From Takakia lepidozioides (Eukaryota > Plantae > Bryophyta), in assembly GCA_030704615.1 (NCBI GenBank), contig CM060732.1:51460001-51524000 (forward strand): a DNA stretch of 64,000 nucleotides. The letters are read 5' to 3'. This document shows positions 49,825 through 62,578 of the stretch, piece after piece. Position numbers and translations under genes: made by a program. Numbering within the stretch: position 1 is the first letter of the stretch; each line of letters begins with the position of its first letter. Under the pieces are notes generated by a model. It was not told the DNA's origin. It saw only the letters and a list, made by a program, of their open reading frames with translations, and did no database searches.

Positions 49825-50271
49825 GACCTACAGCTAGTGTATCATGGGGGTGTTTCCTATTTGTTTTCCTTTTGGTATTCATGTTAGCTATCTTACCATT
49901 GATAATTAAGTATCAGTTTGCTTTATCAATCTATTGGATTCCATCAACTCATCCATTCATTTCACAGCTTCACTCAGATCTCTCTACACAGTGTGATTGT
50001 ATCGTAAATATCCGATTATGATTATAAGGTATCAGGCCGAAGCCTTGTGTCTCTAATCTGCTCTACAATATCATTACAACAGTACAAGCCTGCCTATATC
50101 AAGCTCTACTCATCATCTCTCTATCTTCACTTCCGTTCCTCATCTCTACCCTCCTACCCGATCCCCTCTCCTCTATCACCAAGAAGTCCTCCTCCAAAAA
50201 TCCCCCTTCAATTCCCCGTTTCTCCCTTTATCTTCCTATCTGCGGTTCTAACCGTTTCCCTCACTAACCAT
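49713..50271 (-). repeat. 5' LTR of copy C, PBS-proximal part (PBS 49693-49710)
   Basis: Matches 14234-14775; breaks where copy D begins. Confidence 0.92.
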
Positions 50272-51260
50272 TGTTAGAGGACTGTCGGGGACTTAGACAC
50301 TTATACGGGATTTTAGGTACCCTTAATTTTTGTCACATTTGAGACCAGCAGGAGCCTAAGGGGTGACAGCAGCGCACTGTAGAGGGGGGTTACACAGCCC
50401 GTCATAGTCGCACACACCAACCCAAAAACAGAGCAGCAACAGCCGTCACAAGACAAAGCCTTCACATCCGTCACAACCAAAAGCCATCACAAGCCGACAC
50501 AACGGCCAACACAACAGCCCGTCACACAGTCCTTACACAACCGACATACACTCCGACACAGCCGACACAGCCCGTCCACCAGCCTCCCGCAACCGCAAAA
50601 CAGTCGCCACAGCCAGTCACAAGCTTGACACAGCTGTCACGATCATAGGAACGAAGAGTAGGATAGGGAACGACTGTGGGGACAACACCTGCGAAGGGAA
50701 CATGTTAGTTCACACAACGACTTTTAGTGAGGGAAACGGTTAGAACCGCAGATAGGAAGATAAAGGGAGAAACGGGGAATTGAGGAACATCATTCGAGGA
50801 GGACTTCTTGGTGATAGAGGAGAGGGGATCGGCAGAGATGAAGAACGGAAGTGAAGATAGAGAGATGAGGAGTAGATGCTTGATATATGCAAGGCTGTAA
50901 TGATATTGTAGAGGAGATTAGAGACACAATGGCTTCGGCCTGATACCTGATAAATCATAATCGGATACTTTTACGATACAATCACACTGTGTAGAGAGAT
51001 CTGAGTGAAGCTGTGGAATGAATGGATGAGTTGATGGAATCCAATAGATTGATAAAGCAAACTGATACTTAATTATCAATGGTAAGATAGTTAACATGAA
51101 TACCAAAAGGGAAACAAATAGGAAACACCCCCATGATACACTAGCTGTAGGTCATGACTGATTGTTCTGCGCGGGCTGAGTACTTAGAGATTTCCAACTC
51201 TTCATCTTGGAGTTTCCGCCTCGAATAGCGAAGGGATGGGTGAGTAAAAGCCGCGCGACA
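50272..51260 (+). repeat. 5' LTR of copy D
   Basis: TGTTAGAGG...GCGCGACA. Confidence 0.95.
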
Positions 51261-51849
51261 TTTGGCGACCATACTGGGGACCTGGGACATGAACAACCAG
51301 ATGTGACAGGCATCTGGTGGGATCATGGTGGTTGGACCATTAAAGAATTTGAAGTGAATCAAATTCCCTGTGGAACGAAGGAAGAAAGATTGTCCAAACA
51401 ATTCTTTCAAAGGTTCTTGGAATTGCCAGACGGTTGTAAAGAAAATATTCTTAAACGAGTGCATGATGCTGATCCAGAATGGGGTCTGGAGAAAGGAGTG
51501 ATAAAGATTTATCAGGTAGCCTGTAGAGGAAGAGCACGTTGGTTACCAACATTGGTTTATGTGATAGCATTGCTATCCATTAAACGAGTAGAGTTTGAAG
51601 GCTGGGAAGAAAGAAAGGTGAATGTTTATACTCATATGCATGAAGAGCTTGTACTGGTAAAGAATTGGATTCCAAAGGATATTTTGTGGATCAAACTCAC
51701 ACCAAGAACAGCTTTTCCAGACTTGTTTGCCATATGGTTATATGGTAACGGAGACTTCAAGTATAGCCAAGGGTGCATTGAAGCTTGAAAGAAACCCAGG
51801 CATATACGAGAGATATTACAGAAGAGAGTTTTGGTTATTGCCACATTAA
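51154..51849 (+). CDS. ORF1 of copy D (two 1-bp frameshifts)
   Basis: ATG at 51154 in the LTR; ORF 51207-51788; ends REFWLLPH-TAA. Confidence 0.6.
51263..51280 (+). promoter_or_regulatory. PBS TGGCGACCATACTGGGGA
   Basis: 2 nt after the LTR. Confidence 0.8.
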
Positions 51850-51870
51850 AAGAAATGAAAGACATGGGAC

Positions 51871-54137
51871 ATGAGTGATGAAAGAGAAGCTAGACGACAA
51901 AGATATTCAGCAAAAAGAGAAAGCTATCTGAAAGCTAATTATCCATATCTTTGGGAGAGAGGAATAGACATAGGGGAATCATCTGGACCTCTCACACCAT
52001 CAAGATCAAAGAGTGCATCACCTATACCGGAAGAACTAGAGTTGGATGCCACTCCTTCTGTTTCTTTGCAAGAAAGATTAAGGGAATTGGTACAGGAAGA
52101 AGATCAATCACGAGGTGAAAGATCTGAGGTACATCCTTGGATAAAAGACTTGACAGAAATCTTTGATAAGAGTTGGCATGGAACACCAAAAGCAGGAACT
52201 CCAGTTTTGAAGCAGAAGGTGAAGAAGGAGAAGAGGATGTGGCAGAGCCAACGGAGAGTTCAGACTCTCCAACACCATTACAGTTGAGTTACATGAGTGA
52301 AGAAGAAACCCAAGGGCAGAACTTGGAGGATGAAAACAGAGAGAAGAAATTAGAAGAGGAAGAATATGAAGAAGTAGACCCAACAGCTGAGGTTGAGACT
52401 ACAACCAGGACATCCCAACCCGTTGGACCTGGATCAAGTGGAGCACTTGGATCACAGGCCAACGAAGGTGTCGGCTCAGGGGGATCAGGCGGGCTGCCTG
52501 GATCTGGCTCTGGGGGGACAGGGAGTGTGGGAAGTAGTGCAACTGAAGCTGGGAATACTGTGAATATCGTGGGGCCAGAAGCAGGGAGTGCTCAAGGGCC
52601 ACCACTTGGTGGAAGATCCACCACAAAAACAACAGGTCCAGAAGGACCAGCACCAGCAAGGGTGCCAGCACCTGTCAGTGGGCAGAAGGTAGGGCCACAG
52701 ATGGCGTTACAACCAACACGGGCAAAACCACCCTTTCCAATATATTCAGGAAAAGGGGATCCCGATGTACACATTAGCCAATTTGAGCACATGTGTATAG
52801 TGAACAATGAGAATGGCGATGATGCCAAGATGAGACTGTTTCCTTGTTCACTTATCAAGAAAGCAAGTGAATGGTATGCAAGATTTCCTGATAATCATTT
52901 CCTAACCTGGAATGGCTTGAATACAGCATTTCGAAATAGGTTCAGGACAAGTAAAACTGAGGATGAAGTGTATGGAAGTTTACAACAGCTGAAGCAGAAG
53001 AAGCATGAAACTGTTGAAGAGTATATGGAGAAGATGGAATTGATGATGAAAAAGCTGGCTGCAGTACCAGCGGCCGGTTTACAGAAGACTTGGTTTGTGA
53101 GTGGACTAAGACCAGAGTTGCAAAAGAAAGTGGATATGTTACCCCATAATACAGTGGAGGAGGCATTTGAAACTGCGAACAGAATTGAGCAATTGGGAAT
53201 GCTCAGGAGAGAGAAAAAAGAAGATGAGGACTCTGAGGATGAGTCAGATGAAGAAGAAGAGCAAGAACTAAAAAGAAAGAGTAAGAGAAAGGAGAAGTTG
53301 AAGAGGGATAACTATGAAAAAAATTGGAAGAAATCTTGAAGAAGTATGCCACAGAGGCTGCAACACATTGGAGGAAGGGTGTATGGTGTGCAAAGTGCCA
53401 GAATGAAGGCCATACCACCACAGAATGCCACATGAAGGAGAAACACTGTACTATCTGTAAAATGGATAACCATTCTACTGAGAATTGTTACTACAACAGA
53501 AGGACAGCTGCAAGAGAACCTAGGCAAGTAAGGGTGCATCAGGTGCAGCCCCAGCCAAGAAGAATGATCAGGTCTGGTGGTTATAACAATGGCATGGAAG
53601 GGAGAGGTAATTCAAGAGGGAATTACCAAGGAAATTCCAGAGGCAACTATCAGGGTAATCCAAGGGGAATTACCAGCCCGGGAATCAGGATTATAGAAAT
53701 AATCCAAGAACAGACCAAGGGCGAGGACCCAATGGTGAAGAGCTATGTTACTATTGTAATCAGCCAGGACATCGCAAGGCAGCCTGTTCATTCTGGATAA
53801 GACACCAGAATGAGATGAGAGCTCCTGTGAATGAGGGCCCAGTGGTGGCAGCTCACATGGTTAGGCCATGTGTTGTACCAGAAGTAAGTACAATGATAGT
53901 AACAAGAAGTAAAGCCAAACTAATACCTCCAGTAGAAGAGGAAGAAGATGAGACTGGAAGTGGCAATGATATGCCTGAAGATGAAGAGACTTGGAAAGAT
54001 GAGAAGGAACTGCACAAGGAAGTGGCAGATACTATAAGGGAAATGCAAAAGAGTACTGATATTCCTGTGGCAGATTCCTCTGATTCGGATGGAGAAAAGA
54101 AGGGAGTGAGGAAGAAAGGAAAAAAAAAGATGCAGAC
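51871..54137 (+). CDS. gag: Gag of copy D (frameshifted at homopolymers)
   Basis: ORFs 51871-52287, 52173-53339, 53324-53800, 53815-54171. Confidence 0.9.
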
Positions 54138-57100
54138 ATGCAAAGTAATGAAGAGACTTTGGCTGAAGTAATATGTCAGACCAAAGCAGAAATTACCATT
54201 GGACAGCTATTAGCTGTGGCACCTTATTGTAGGCACAGGCTGTATCAAGCAATCAATCGAATTGCCCAAGAGACAGGAAACACAGACCTGAACAGCAAGG
54301 TGACCAGTTATAATGTGAAGCCGGAAGGGCGAGAACCAGTCATGGACTTTGATGATTCTATGCCAGTAATCCAATTGAGAATTGGAAGCACAGAACTAAC
54401 TGATGTACTGATAGATGGTGGTTCTGGAGTAAATATCATGACAGACCAATTAAGGAAGAAGCTTGGTCTAAGTAACATGAAACCAGCCCCATTTACAGTA
54501 ACAATGGCAGATCAAAGAAGTGTACAGCCATTGGGATTAATAAGAGGAGTTAAGATACAGATACAGAAAATGATCTTTATGATCACAGTAACTGTATTAA
54601 AAATGGATGAAGTCATGGAGGCTTACTCCTTATTATTGGGACGTCCGTGGCTGAAACAGGCCAGGGTATTCCATGACTGGAATTCTCAGTTACTAACCGT
54701 GCATAATGGGATACACGAGATACAAATTACCACAAAGAAATCTAGTAGATTACCTGCTACAAGAAGACCTCGAGGAGTCAGAGAGTATGACTGGAGAGGA
54801 GGACTGGATGAGGAGCAGGAAGCTACCCTATTTGCTGCACACCCAGAGTGGGAGCAGGTTGCAGAGATGCGGCTGGAAAGCCTAAGTTGTTTGAGAGGTA
54901 TCTGCTGTGGTGTAGTGACAGCAACACCAACTGAAGAGGAAACCAGCATTTACCCATCACATTTCTATGAAGAAAGAGAAGGAGAAATAGAAATCCTAGA
55001 AGAACCAGCCACTGTGAGCTTACAGGATGAAGTGGTGACTGGTTGGACAATCACAGCTGATGAGCAGGTGAGAGAAGTAAATGTGGGAACTAAAGAGGAA
55101 CCGAGGATGGTGAAAGTAGGAGCTGATTTGGAGCCGGAATTCTTCGAAGAAGCTAAAAGCTTGTTCATCAAATACAGAGATGTATTTGCTTGGAGCTATG
55201 AGGATCTAAAAGGGATACCACCTGAAGTCTGTCAGCATAAGATTGAACTGGAACCAGGGTCAGTACCAATCAAGCAGGCGAGGTATAGAATGAATCCCAA
55301 CTACGCACAGAAGGTTGGAGAAGAGATAAAGAAGTTGGCTGAGGCTAAGTTTATATACCCAATAGAGTATACAACTTGGTTGTCACCCATTGTTATAGTT
55401 CCCAAGAAGAATGGCAAACTAAGAGTATGTGTGAACTATAAGAAGCTGAATGCTTGTACGAAGAAAGATCCTTTCCCTTTGCCATTCACAGAAGCAGTAT
55501 TAGACACTGTGGCAGGCCATGAGATGTACTCATTCATGGATGGCTTCAGTGGTTATAATCAAGTGCAAGTGGCAGAAGAAGACCAAGGGAAAACAGCTTT
55601 CATCACAGACTGGGGGGCTTATGCATACAAAGTCATGCCCTTTGGACTTTGTAATGCACCAGCGACCTTTCAGAGAGTGATAAGTGAATCTTTTCATGAG
55701 TATCTGGATGATTTCATGCAGGTGTTCTTGGATGATTTCAGTGTGTACAGCTCTAAGAATGAGCACTTGCATAAATTGGAGTTATGCCTGGCCAGATGCA
55801 GGATGAGAGGTCTGGGCCTGAATCCAGAGAAGTGTACTTTCTGTGTGAACTCAGGGGTGCTTCTGGGACACATTGTGTGTAAGAAGGGACTCCTTGTGGA
55901 TCCCAGAAAGACAGAGTCCATTAAAGCCTCTCCACCACCAGTGAATGTTAAAAGTCTAAGGAGATTCCTTGGGCAAACCAGTTATTACAGAAGATTTGTC
56001 AAAAGGTATGCACAAATAGCAGCACCATTGAGCAAGCTTCTGAAGAAAGATGCAGTGTTTGCCTGGACAGCTGAATGTCAACAGGCGTTTGAGGAACTTA
56101 CACTGTCAGTAACAACTACACCTGTGCTGATTAACCCTCACTGGCATGTAGTATTCCATGTTCACTGCGATGCATCAGGAGAAGCGTTGGGAGCGGTGTT
56201 AGCCCAGAATGTTACAGGGAATATAGATTCACCTGTGTACTATGCTAGCCGGTTGATGAACAGTGCTGAGAGGAACTATAGCACAACGGAAAGAGAAGCA
56301 TTGGCAATGATTTATGCAGTGAAGAAATTCAGGCATTACCTATTGGGAAGAAAGTTTATGTTTTATGTGGATCACCAGGCTCTGATATATCTGGTGAACA
56401 AACCTTTGATAAGTGGAAGGATAGCGAGGTGGTTAATAATCTTGCATGAGTTTGAGTTCGAGGTTATTTACAAGCCTGGCCGTTTGCATCTTGTGGCAGA
56501 TCATTTGTCACGACTAACAACAGGAGAGGCCGCCACAGGAGTGGACGATCAGTTACCTGATGCGAGTTTATTTGTAATGGAGGTGCAAGGAAGTGCAGAT
56601 GAATGGTTAGATTGGCAGTGGCCAATCAGATACTACCTTGCTCATGGTCAGTGCCCACCTAGTTATGGTAAGGAGCAGAGGAAGAGAATCGCTATCAAAG
56701 CTTTACCTTATACTATGGTAGGAAGCAGAATGTATAAGTTAGGACCTGATGGAGTACTAAAACGATGCTTGTACCACCATGAAGTAAATAAAGTTTTGGC
56801 GGAAGTTCATAAAGGAGTGGCTGGAGGTCATTTTGGAGAAGAGACTACCAGTAGAAAGATACTACTCGCAGGATACTGGTGGCCTACTTTGTTCAAAGAT
56901 GTACACGAGTATTGTCAGAAGTGTGATGAATGTCAGAGGCTAGGACCTTTGCAGAGATCTGGAAGGATGGCCTTGCATCCTACAATGCCTACGGAACCAT
57001 TTCAGAAATGGGGACTAGACTTTGTTGGACCAATTAACCCACCATCCAAGAATACACGAAACAGGTACATAATTACAGCCACTGATTATACTACAAAGTG

Positions 57101-58283
57101 GGTGGAAGCTAAAGCTTTGAGGGACAACACAGCCAAGTCCACAGCAAGGTTCCTGTACGAGAACATACTTACACGATTTGGCTGTCCCTTAGAATTTATC
57201 AGTGATCAAGGAAGTCACTTCATGAATGAGACCATTGAGTTGTTGACTAAAGAGTTTATGATTGTGCATAGAAAGAGTACAACATATTACCCACAGGGTA
57301 ATGGGCAGGCAGAGGCTACCAACAAAATACTATGTACTATCTTGGCTAAGATAGTCAATGCAAACAGAACGGATTGGGATACAAAGCTGCTGACAGCTTT
57401 GTGGTCATACAGGACTTCATATAAAGTCACCACTAAGTATACACCATTCCAATTAGTTTATGGTATGGAAGCCTTACTTCCAGTGGAATTCCTGTTACCT
57501 ACCATGAGAACGGAGTGGGGAAAAAGAATGGAATTGCAAGACTCCATCAAGGTCAGGAAACATGAATTATACCATGTGGAAGAAGTACGTGCTGATGCAG
57601 CTGATAATATGACCAGAATTCAGATGAAGCGAAAGGAACAGTTTGATGAAGGCAAGTTAAAGACTTTTAAGACGGGGGATTTGGTTCTATGGTTGCAGAA
57701 GAAAGGAAAGATTCAAGCTTCTAAGCTTAAATCACCGTGGAAAGGACCTTATGTCATACAAAAGATGTATGATAACAACACCGCCATGTTACAAACCATT
57801 AACAAAGAAATGCTGGGAAGAGTCAATGCAAATAAGTTGAAGGGGTACAGTGGTATCCATGACAAACCCCTGCAGCATGATTTGCATGTTGAACCGCAAG
57901 AGCAGTCACGGGCTGCACCAGTGTTACGAACGGAGTATGGAACACTTGTCGCTAGGCCCAGCATATATGACCAGGGTGGGCAAAACAAACGTGACACAGC
58001 CTATCACAGCCCATCAAGGCGCAACACAGCCTATCACAGCCCATCACGACGTGACACAGCCTATCACAGCCCAGCAAGGCGCAACACAGCCTATCACAGC
58101 CCATCACGACGTGACACAGCCTATCACAGCCCATCACGATGTGACACAGCCTATCACAGCCCTCACGACGTGACACAAGCCTATCACAGCCCATCAGGCG
58201 CAACACAGCCTATCACAACCTACCACAGCGTGTCACAGCCTATCACAGCTTACCACAGTGCATCACAGCCTATCACAGCGTAA
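54138..58283 (+). CDS. pol: Pol (protease, RT, RNase H, integrase with GPY module); reads through into the tandem repeat
   Basis: 1381-aa ORF: [57 protein letters not shown]. Confidence 0.97.
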   Translation: MQSNEETLAEVICQTKAEITIGQLLAVAPYCRHRLYQAINRIAQETGNTDLNSKVTSYNVKPEGREPVMDFDDSMPVIQLRIGSTELTDVLIDGGSGVNIMTDQLRKKLGLSNMKPAPFTVTMADQRSVQPLGLIRGVKIQIQKMIFMITVTVLKMDEVMEAYSLLLGRPWLKQARVFHDWNSQLLTVHNGIHEIQITTKKSSRLPATRRPRGVREYDWRGGLDEEQEATLFAAHPEWEQVAEMRLESLSCLRGICCGVVTATPTEEETSIYPSHFYEEREGEIEILEEPATVSLQDEVVTGWTITADEQVREVNVGTKEEPRMVKVGADLEPEFFEEAKSLFIKYRDVFAWSYEDLKGIPPEVCQHKIELEPGSVPIKQARYRMNPNYAQKVGEEIKKLAEAKFIYPIEYTTWLSPIVIVPKKNGKLRVCVNYKKLNACTKKDPFPLPFTEAVLDTVAGHEMYSFMDGFSGYNQVQVAEEDQGKTAFITDWGAYAYKVMPFGLCNAPATFQRVISESFHEYLDDFMQVFLDDFSVYSSKNEHLHKLELCLARCRMRGLGLNPEKCTFCVNSGVLLGHIVCKKGLLVDPRKTESIKASPPPVNVKSLRRFLGQTSYYRRFVKRYAQIAAPLSKLLKKDAVFAWTAECQQAFEELTLSVTTTPVLINPHWHVVFHVHCDASGEALGAVLAQNVTGNIDSPVYYASRLMNSAERNYSTTEREALAMIYAVKKFRHYLLGRKFMFYVDHQALIYLVNKPLISGRIARWLIILHEFEFEVIYKPGRLHLVADHLSRLTTGEAATGVDDQLPDASLFVMEVQGSADEWLDWQWPIRYYLAHGQCPPSYGKEQRKRIAIKALPYTMVGSRMYKLGPDGVLKRCLYHHEVNKVLAEVHKGVAGGHFGEETTSRKILLAGYWWPTLFKDVHEYCQKCDECQRLGPLQRSGRMALHPTMPTEPFQKWGLDFVGPINPPSKNTRNRYIITATDYTTKWVEAKALRDNTAKSTARFLYENILTRFGCPLEFISDQGSHFMNETIELLTKEFMIVHRKSTTYYPQGNGQAEATNKILCTILAKIVNANRTDWDTKLLTALWSYRTSYKVTTKYTPFQLVYGMEALLPVEFLLPTMRTEWGKRMELQDSIKVRKHELYHVEEVRADAADNMTRIQMKRKEQFDEGKLKTFKTGDLVLWLQKKGKIQASKLKSPWKGPYVIQKMYDNNTAMLQTINKEMLGRVNANKLKGYSGIHDKPLQHDLHVEPQEQSRAAPVLRTEYGTLVARPSIYDQGGQNKRDTAYHSPSRRNTAYHSPSRRDTAYHSPARRNTAYHSPSRRDTAYHSPSRCDTAYHSPHDVTQAYHSPSGATQPITTYHSVSQPITAYHSASQPITA

Positions 58284-58320
58284 CACAGTATGACACAGCC
58301 TGTCACAGCTCAACACAGCC
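57990..58320. repeat. 30-bp CACAGC-based tandem repeat
   Basis: ACACAGCCTATCACAGCCCATCACGACGTG-like units. Confidence 0.92.
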
Positions 58321-59010
58321 TACTAAAGTTACACGATCCATAGAATCAGTGACAAGTGGACACATAATAACTTCAGGAAAATGGCTGAAGGAAGAGAAAC
58401 GGAAATTACTTTAAAAATAGACACGTGGAGGTCAGGGCGCGACACACAGCCGAGAATGAAGTGCAAGGACAGGTGTCAAAAAGAAAGAGGACAAGAACGG
58501 CCGTCAAAAGGGATGAAAGGCGGGCCCATTAATGAGTACGGAAAAAGGGAAACGGAACGAACGGCAAGTACAGAAAAGCCGAATTCTTGTCACATGTGTG
58601 ATCCTAGTGGACTATCCAACAGGGAAAGTCCACTAAAGAAGATAAAATCTAAAATCCAGTCACAGCGGATACAGCCAATAGAAAACCAGAGAAAGGATCA
58701 AGAAAATGGAGGGAAATTGAGCGCAAGAGGCGGCGTCGTTCTGAGTAACGGGCGTCTCGACAGGACGGACCATCAATGCTATAACTTGGAAACTATGGAG
58801 GAACTAACAGACTATACGCTCGCAATATTACTTACGCAGTGGCATAGACACGAAAGGACAGAGCGGAGCTTTTCTCTTGAGCGATGCTTGCAAGCCCCGC
58901 AGGCTTACAAGAAATTACCCATAGCTTTCTGCGGCAACCATACGTTTATGCTTTGTGCACTACAGGCATTCCTGCAGTTGTTACAGCCAAAACAGTTCTG
59001 TGAGTCTAAA

Positions 59011-62000
59011 ATGAAGAGAGTGAGAGGAATGGAGGAAATCAGGGTGAAGAGCACCACAATTCTGCAGAAACAAACAATTGCTACCCCACAGGCGATACAG
59101 ATACTGGAGGAGCTGAGATTGCAAGGATTGCAAAGCCTAGATTGGACACTACACCATAGACAGTACATGTTACAATTTTTGCAGAACTTTGAGCCAAGGA
59201 CAGGAACAACAACGGTGAAGGGAGTTGAATTAATGATTACTCCCCTATACCTCCAGCAATTGTTTCGATTGCCAGCAGGTCAGGTGCATGTGGAGCAACA
59301 CAGGGCAAGACTGCAAATAGAGGACTTATTCCAAGAAGGGAGTTTCTTTAAAACTCAGGGTATGCTTGTACCAAGGCTGTGTACCCAGGGTTAAAAGAGG
59401 TAGGCCAGGTATTGAACGTTCTGATTGCCATGAAACAGAACCAACAGTATTTGAGCAGATCCTTCACGGAGGAAATACTCAAAGGCCTGAAGGGACGAAG
59501 GTACAATGGGCGGACATAATGTACAACGCACTGGTAGAGGAGATGAAAAGATTACAAGGTACTACCGCAAAGTCTCCTATAATAGTGTCTGGCCCAATCA
59601 TTGCTCAAATAATCCTTGATTCTGGCATACTTAATGCGCAAGAAAGAAAGGAAATGGGAGTGTTTGAGCCAGAAACAACTGCAATGGAAGAGCAAGGCTC
59701 TTCACACAGTGAGGGTGGACTAGCAGGGCAACCCGAGACTAAGAGGCAGAGACGGGGAAAGACTGTAGTGGCGGATCCACTGGCTTCACGGATTCCGCAT
59801 GATAATGTTTCCCAAGCTCATGGCCAGGAAGGGGCACAGCAGCACAGAGAAATGCTATTACTGGAAGCAGGACCTTCAGAGAGGGAGGAGGAAGTTACTT
59901 CTGCATCACAACCATCACAGCCACTGAACGACTTGTCACAAGGTCACAAGTTATCCATGCAGCTCAACCAGAAATAATTGATTTGGAAAGTGAAGGGTTA
60001 GATATTCCAACTACAGAACAGATAGTGGCAGAAATAGAGAAGGGGGACCTTCTCTATGAATATTCTGGTCTGGTCAAGGAGACAGAAATCCCAGAGGTGC
60101 AACAGTTGCCCAAGGGAAATCCTGAGGTGCATATAATACACACACCTGTGTCGGAGGTACCACAGGCGGAAGGTCATGACACTGTAGCACCGGTGATAGA
60201 TGAAGTAGTTCAGGAAGAAAATCCGGTGGGACAATGGCCTGAATGGTTAGTGAGACATCACACTGTTGAAGATCAGGAGGAACAGCAGCAACCTCACCAT
60301 GATGACCCTCAACAGGCAATGCTGATGAGTTCCATAGGCAGGACACTTAATTTGTTGGGGACTTATGTCAAATCCCATGTTCCAATTACCCAATTGACAG
60401 CCTTGAGAGAGGAACTCAGGAAGGAGTTTGAGGCTCGACTTGCCACTGAGTGTGCAAACAAGGTCGATGAAGAGGTCACTCTCAAGATGAAGCAGGACTT
60501 GGGAAATACAGAAATGGCTTTGCAATTGGCCAAGCAACAATTGATTGAGGCAGGCCTCGCGCAAGACCAGTTGCACGAAGCACATAAGCAACAGCTATAC
60601 CAAATGCAGGTGCAGCATGAAAGCAAGTTGCAAGAACTGAATGCACTACATACGGAGTTGCAGACAGTGCATAACAGGATGGCGATACAATGTGCTACAT
60701 TCACAACTATGCTTGACCAATCTACAAAAGAAATAAACAGTCAAGCGGAAAAATGTACGAAGGCAGAAGAAGAATGTTGAGCAAATGAAGCTCATTGTCG
60801 ATATGAAGAATACAATCTGTCGCAATGAAGATACTTTCAAGCAATACAGGCAGATTGAAGCTGATCAAGAGAAGCACATCGTGGAGTTGCAACAAACCAT
60901 CATGGCCAATAGAAATGAAATCGCGGTCAATAACAAGGCTTGGAAGGAAGCCAATAATCTACTTGCTGCTTATGCGCAATTGGTTGAACCTCAGGCGAAG
61001 CGCATGGAGGCTTTACAACAGCAGTTGGAATTGTACAAGCTAAGAGAGGAGCAAACTCTCAGGGGAACCACAAGCAACTTGGTGGATAACAGCCTTATGC
61101 AGGTCTGGTTAGCACAAGGGCCAGTAGAGGGCAAAGCACCACGGAAGCTCACCCAAAGCGAGATGAATGAGCTCAGGCTGCAGGTGCAGAACATTGCCAC
61201 AACTACTATAGACAATGTCTATAGTAGGATAGCAGAGTTACAAGAGGATGTAGACGGACTCCAGACTCAAGTGGAAGACCTCACTTCAAACATCGACCAA
61301 AGAGTCTATATCCCTCAGGAACAGCTAATGGCTTCTTATTTACAAGCCAGAACTTTGGCTTTTCAGTCTTCACAGGAGGTGCAGGAGATGCCAATGATAC
61401 AAGAGCCAGTACCACCACCACCACAACAAGTCACTGTACCAGTAGCTGAACCTGTGGTTACTACAACCACACCACAGCCACCACAGCCGGAGGTATGGGG
61501 CAATGCCGCTTTTAACCCACCTAAAACTCCAGCTGCAAGGGAGTACAGTAGGGCTATGATTATGCCCTTCAACCAAATTCCCATCATGTTGGATTTGGCT
61601 TGGAAAGAATTTAGTCCTCCGCAGTCATTCGCACATTACTACCAAATCATGCGTATTTGGCTGCCAGTGGCAACTAGGACTAAAGTTCTTCCGAACAATC
61701 GACATATTGAAGATCATCACTTTGCACAATACTGGCACGAGGCAGGTACCATGTTGAGGGAATTGATTGCTTTCCAGGTTGTACATGGACTCATTTATAC
61801 CAAGACCAAGGAGATAGCAAGTATTGTCATGGGGTGCGGGTTATACTACGCTGCTTGTTTTCTGGTACGTTACCACATTGAGCAACAAAAGATGCAAACA
61901 CGCTTTCAAAGTTATTCCAGTGGAGATCATTGGGTATTACCTTCGGTGCCACCTCATATGTACCTATATGACCCAAAAGTTATGATGCAAAAGGATTCTC

Positions 62001-62557
62001 AAATTCGTTCATGGTTTCAAGCGGCCTGCAACCATTTGTCAACACAGAAATTCGGCATTGATGACATTTTCTATAAGGGACATGTGGCATGGAAGTACTT
62101 GCACGCTGCACCAGTAATTGGTACCCCACTCACCTGGACAGACAAGGAGCTCAGTGTCTACACCAATTTTGCTGTTCAGCGGTTACACCAAGTTGTAAAA
62201 TACAAACTTCCAGACATGGTAGGACAGCATTGTATGCCCCAGATGATTCCACAAAAAGTTCGAAAATTAAAACACCTGAGAGGCGATGAGGATTCTGATA
62301 CAACTGTTTCTTCACCGAATTCTTTTGACATGGGAGAAGACTATGCAATTCAGATGGAAGAGAAGAAGCGAAGGGGATCTCCTATGCCGGAAAGATTACC
62401 TCGATATCAGCCTCCAGAGGGCCTCACTTATCCAGGTAGTGATCAACCATCTCCGTCAACCAGAGACAGACCTCGGGCTCGTACACACAGTCCGCCACGA
62501 AACTCTCAACGTCAAGAAGGTGCTCACTCACAAAGGTTTGCTAGTCGAAATCAGTAA
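59011..62557 (+). CDS. Extra sense 3' ORF (~1180 aa if frameshifts are repaired): plant-transposon-like N-terminal domain, coiled coil, Pro-rich linker, unknown C-terminal domain
   Basis: ORFs 58381-59394, 59366-59977, 59983-60780 and 60785-62557; frameshift positions differ between copies B, C and D. Confidence 0.7.
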
Positions 62558-62578
62558 ACCGTGAGGACACGGCTTTTT

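Noticed and set aside
50330-50725. High divergence between the LTRs of copy D as evidence of old age (also noisy 63567-64000)
   Set aside because: The noise is confined to stretches right after inverted-repeat junctions, typical of long-read basecalling failure, so LTR dating here is unreliable.
51871-62557. Programmed frameshifts or true pseudogenisation in gag and the extra ORFs
   Set aside because: The 1-bp indels fall mostly in homopolymers and at different places in each copy, and gag-pol is contiguous in copy C. They are more likely consensus errors; raw reads are needed to decide.
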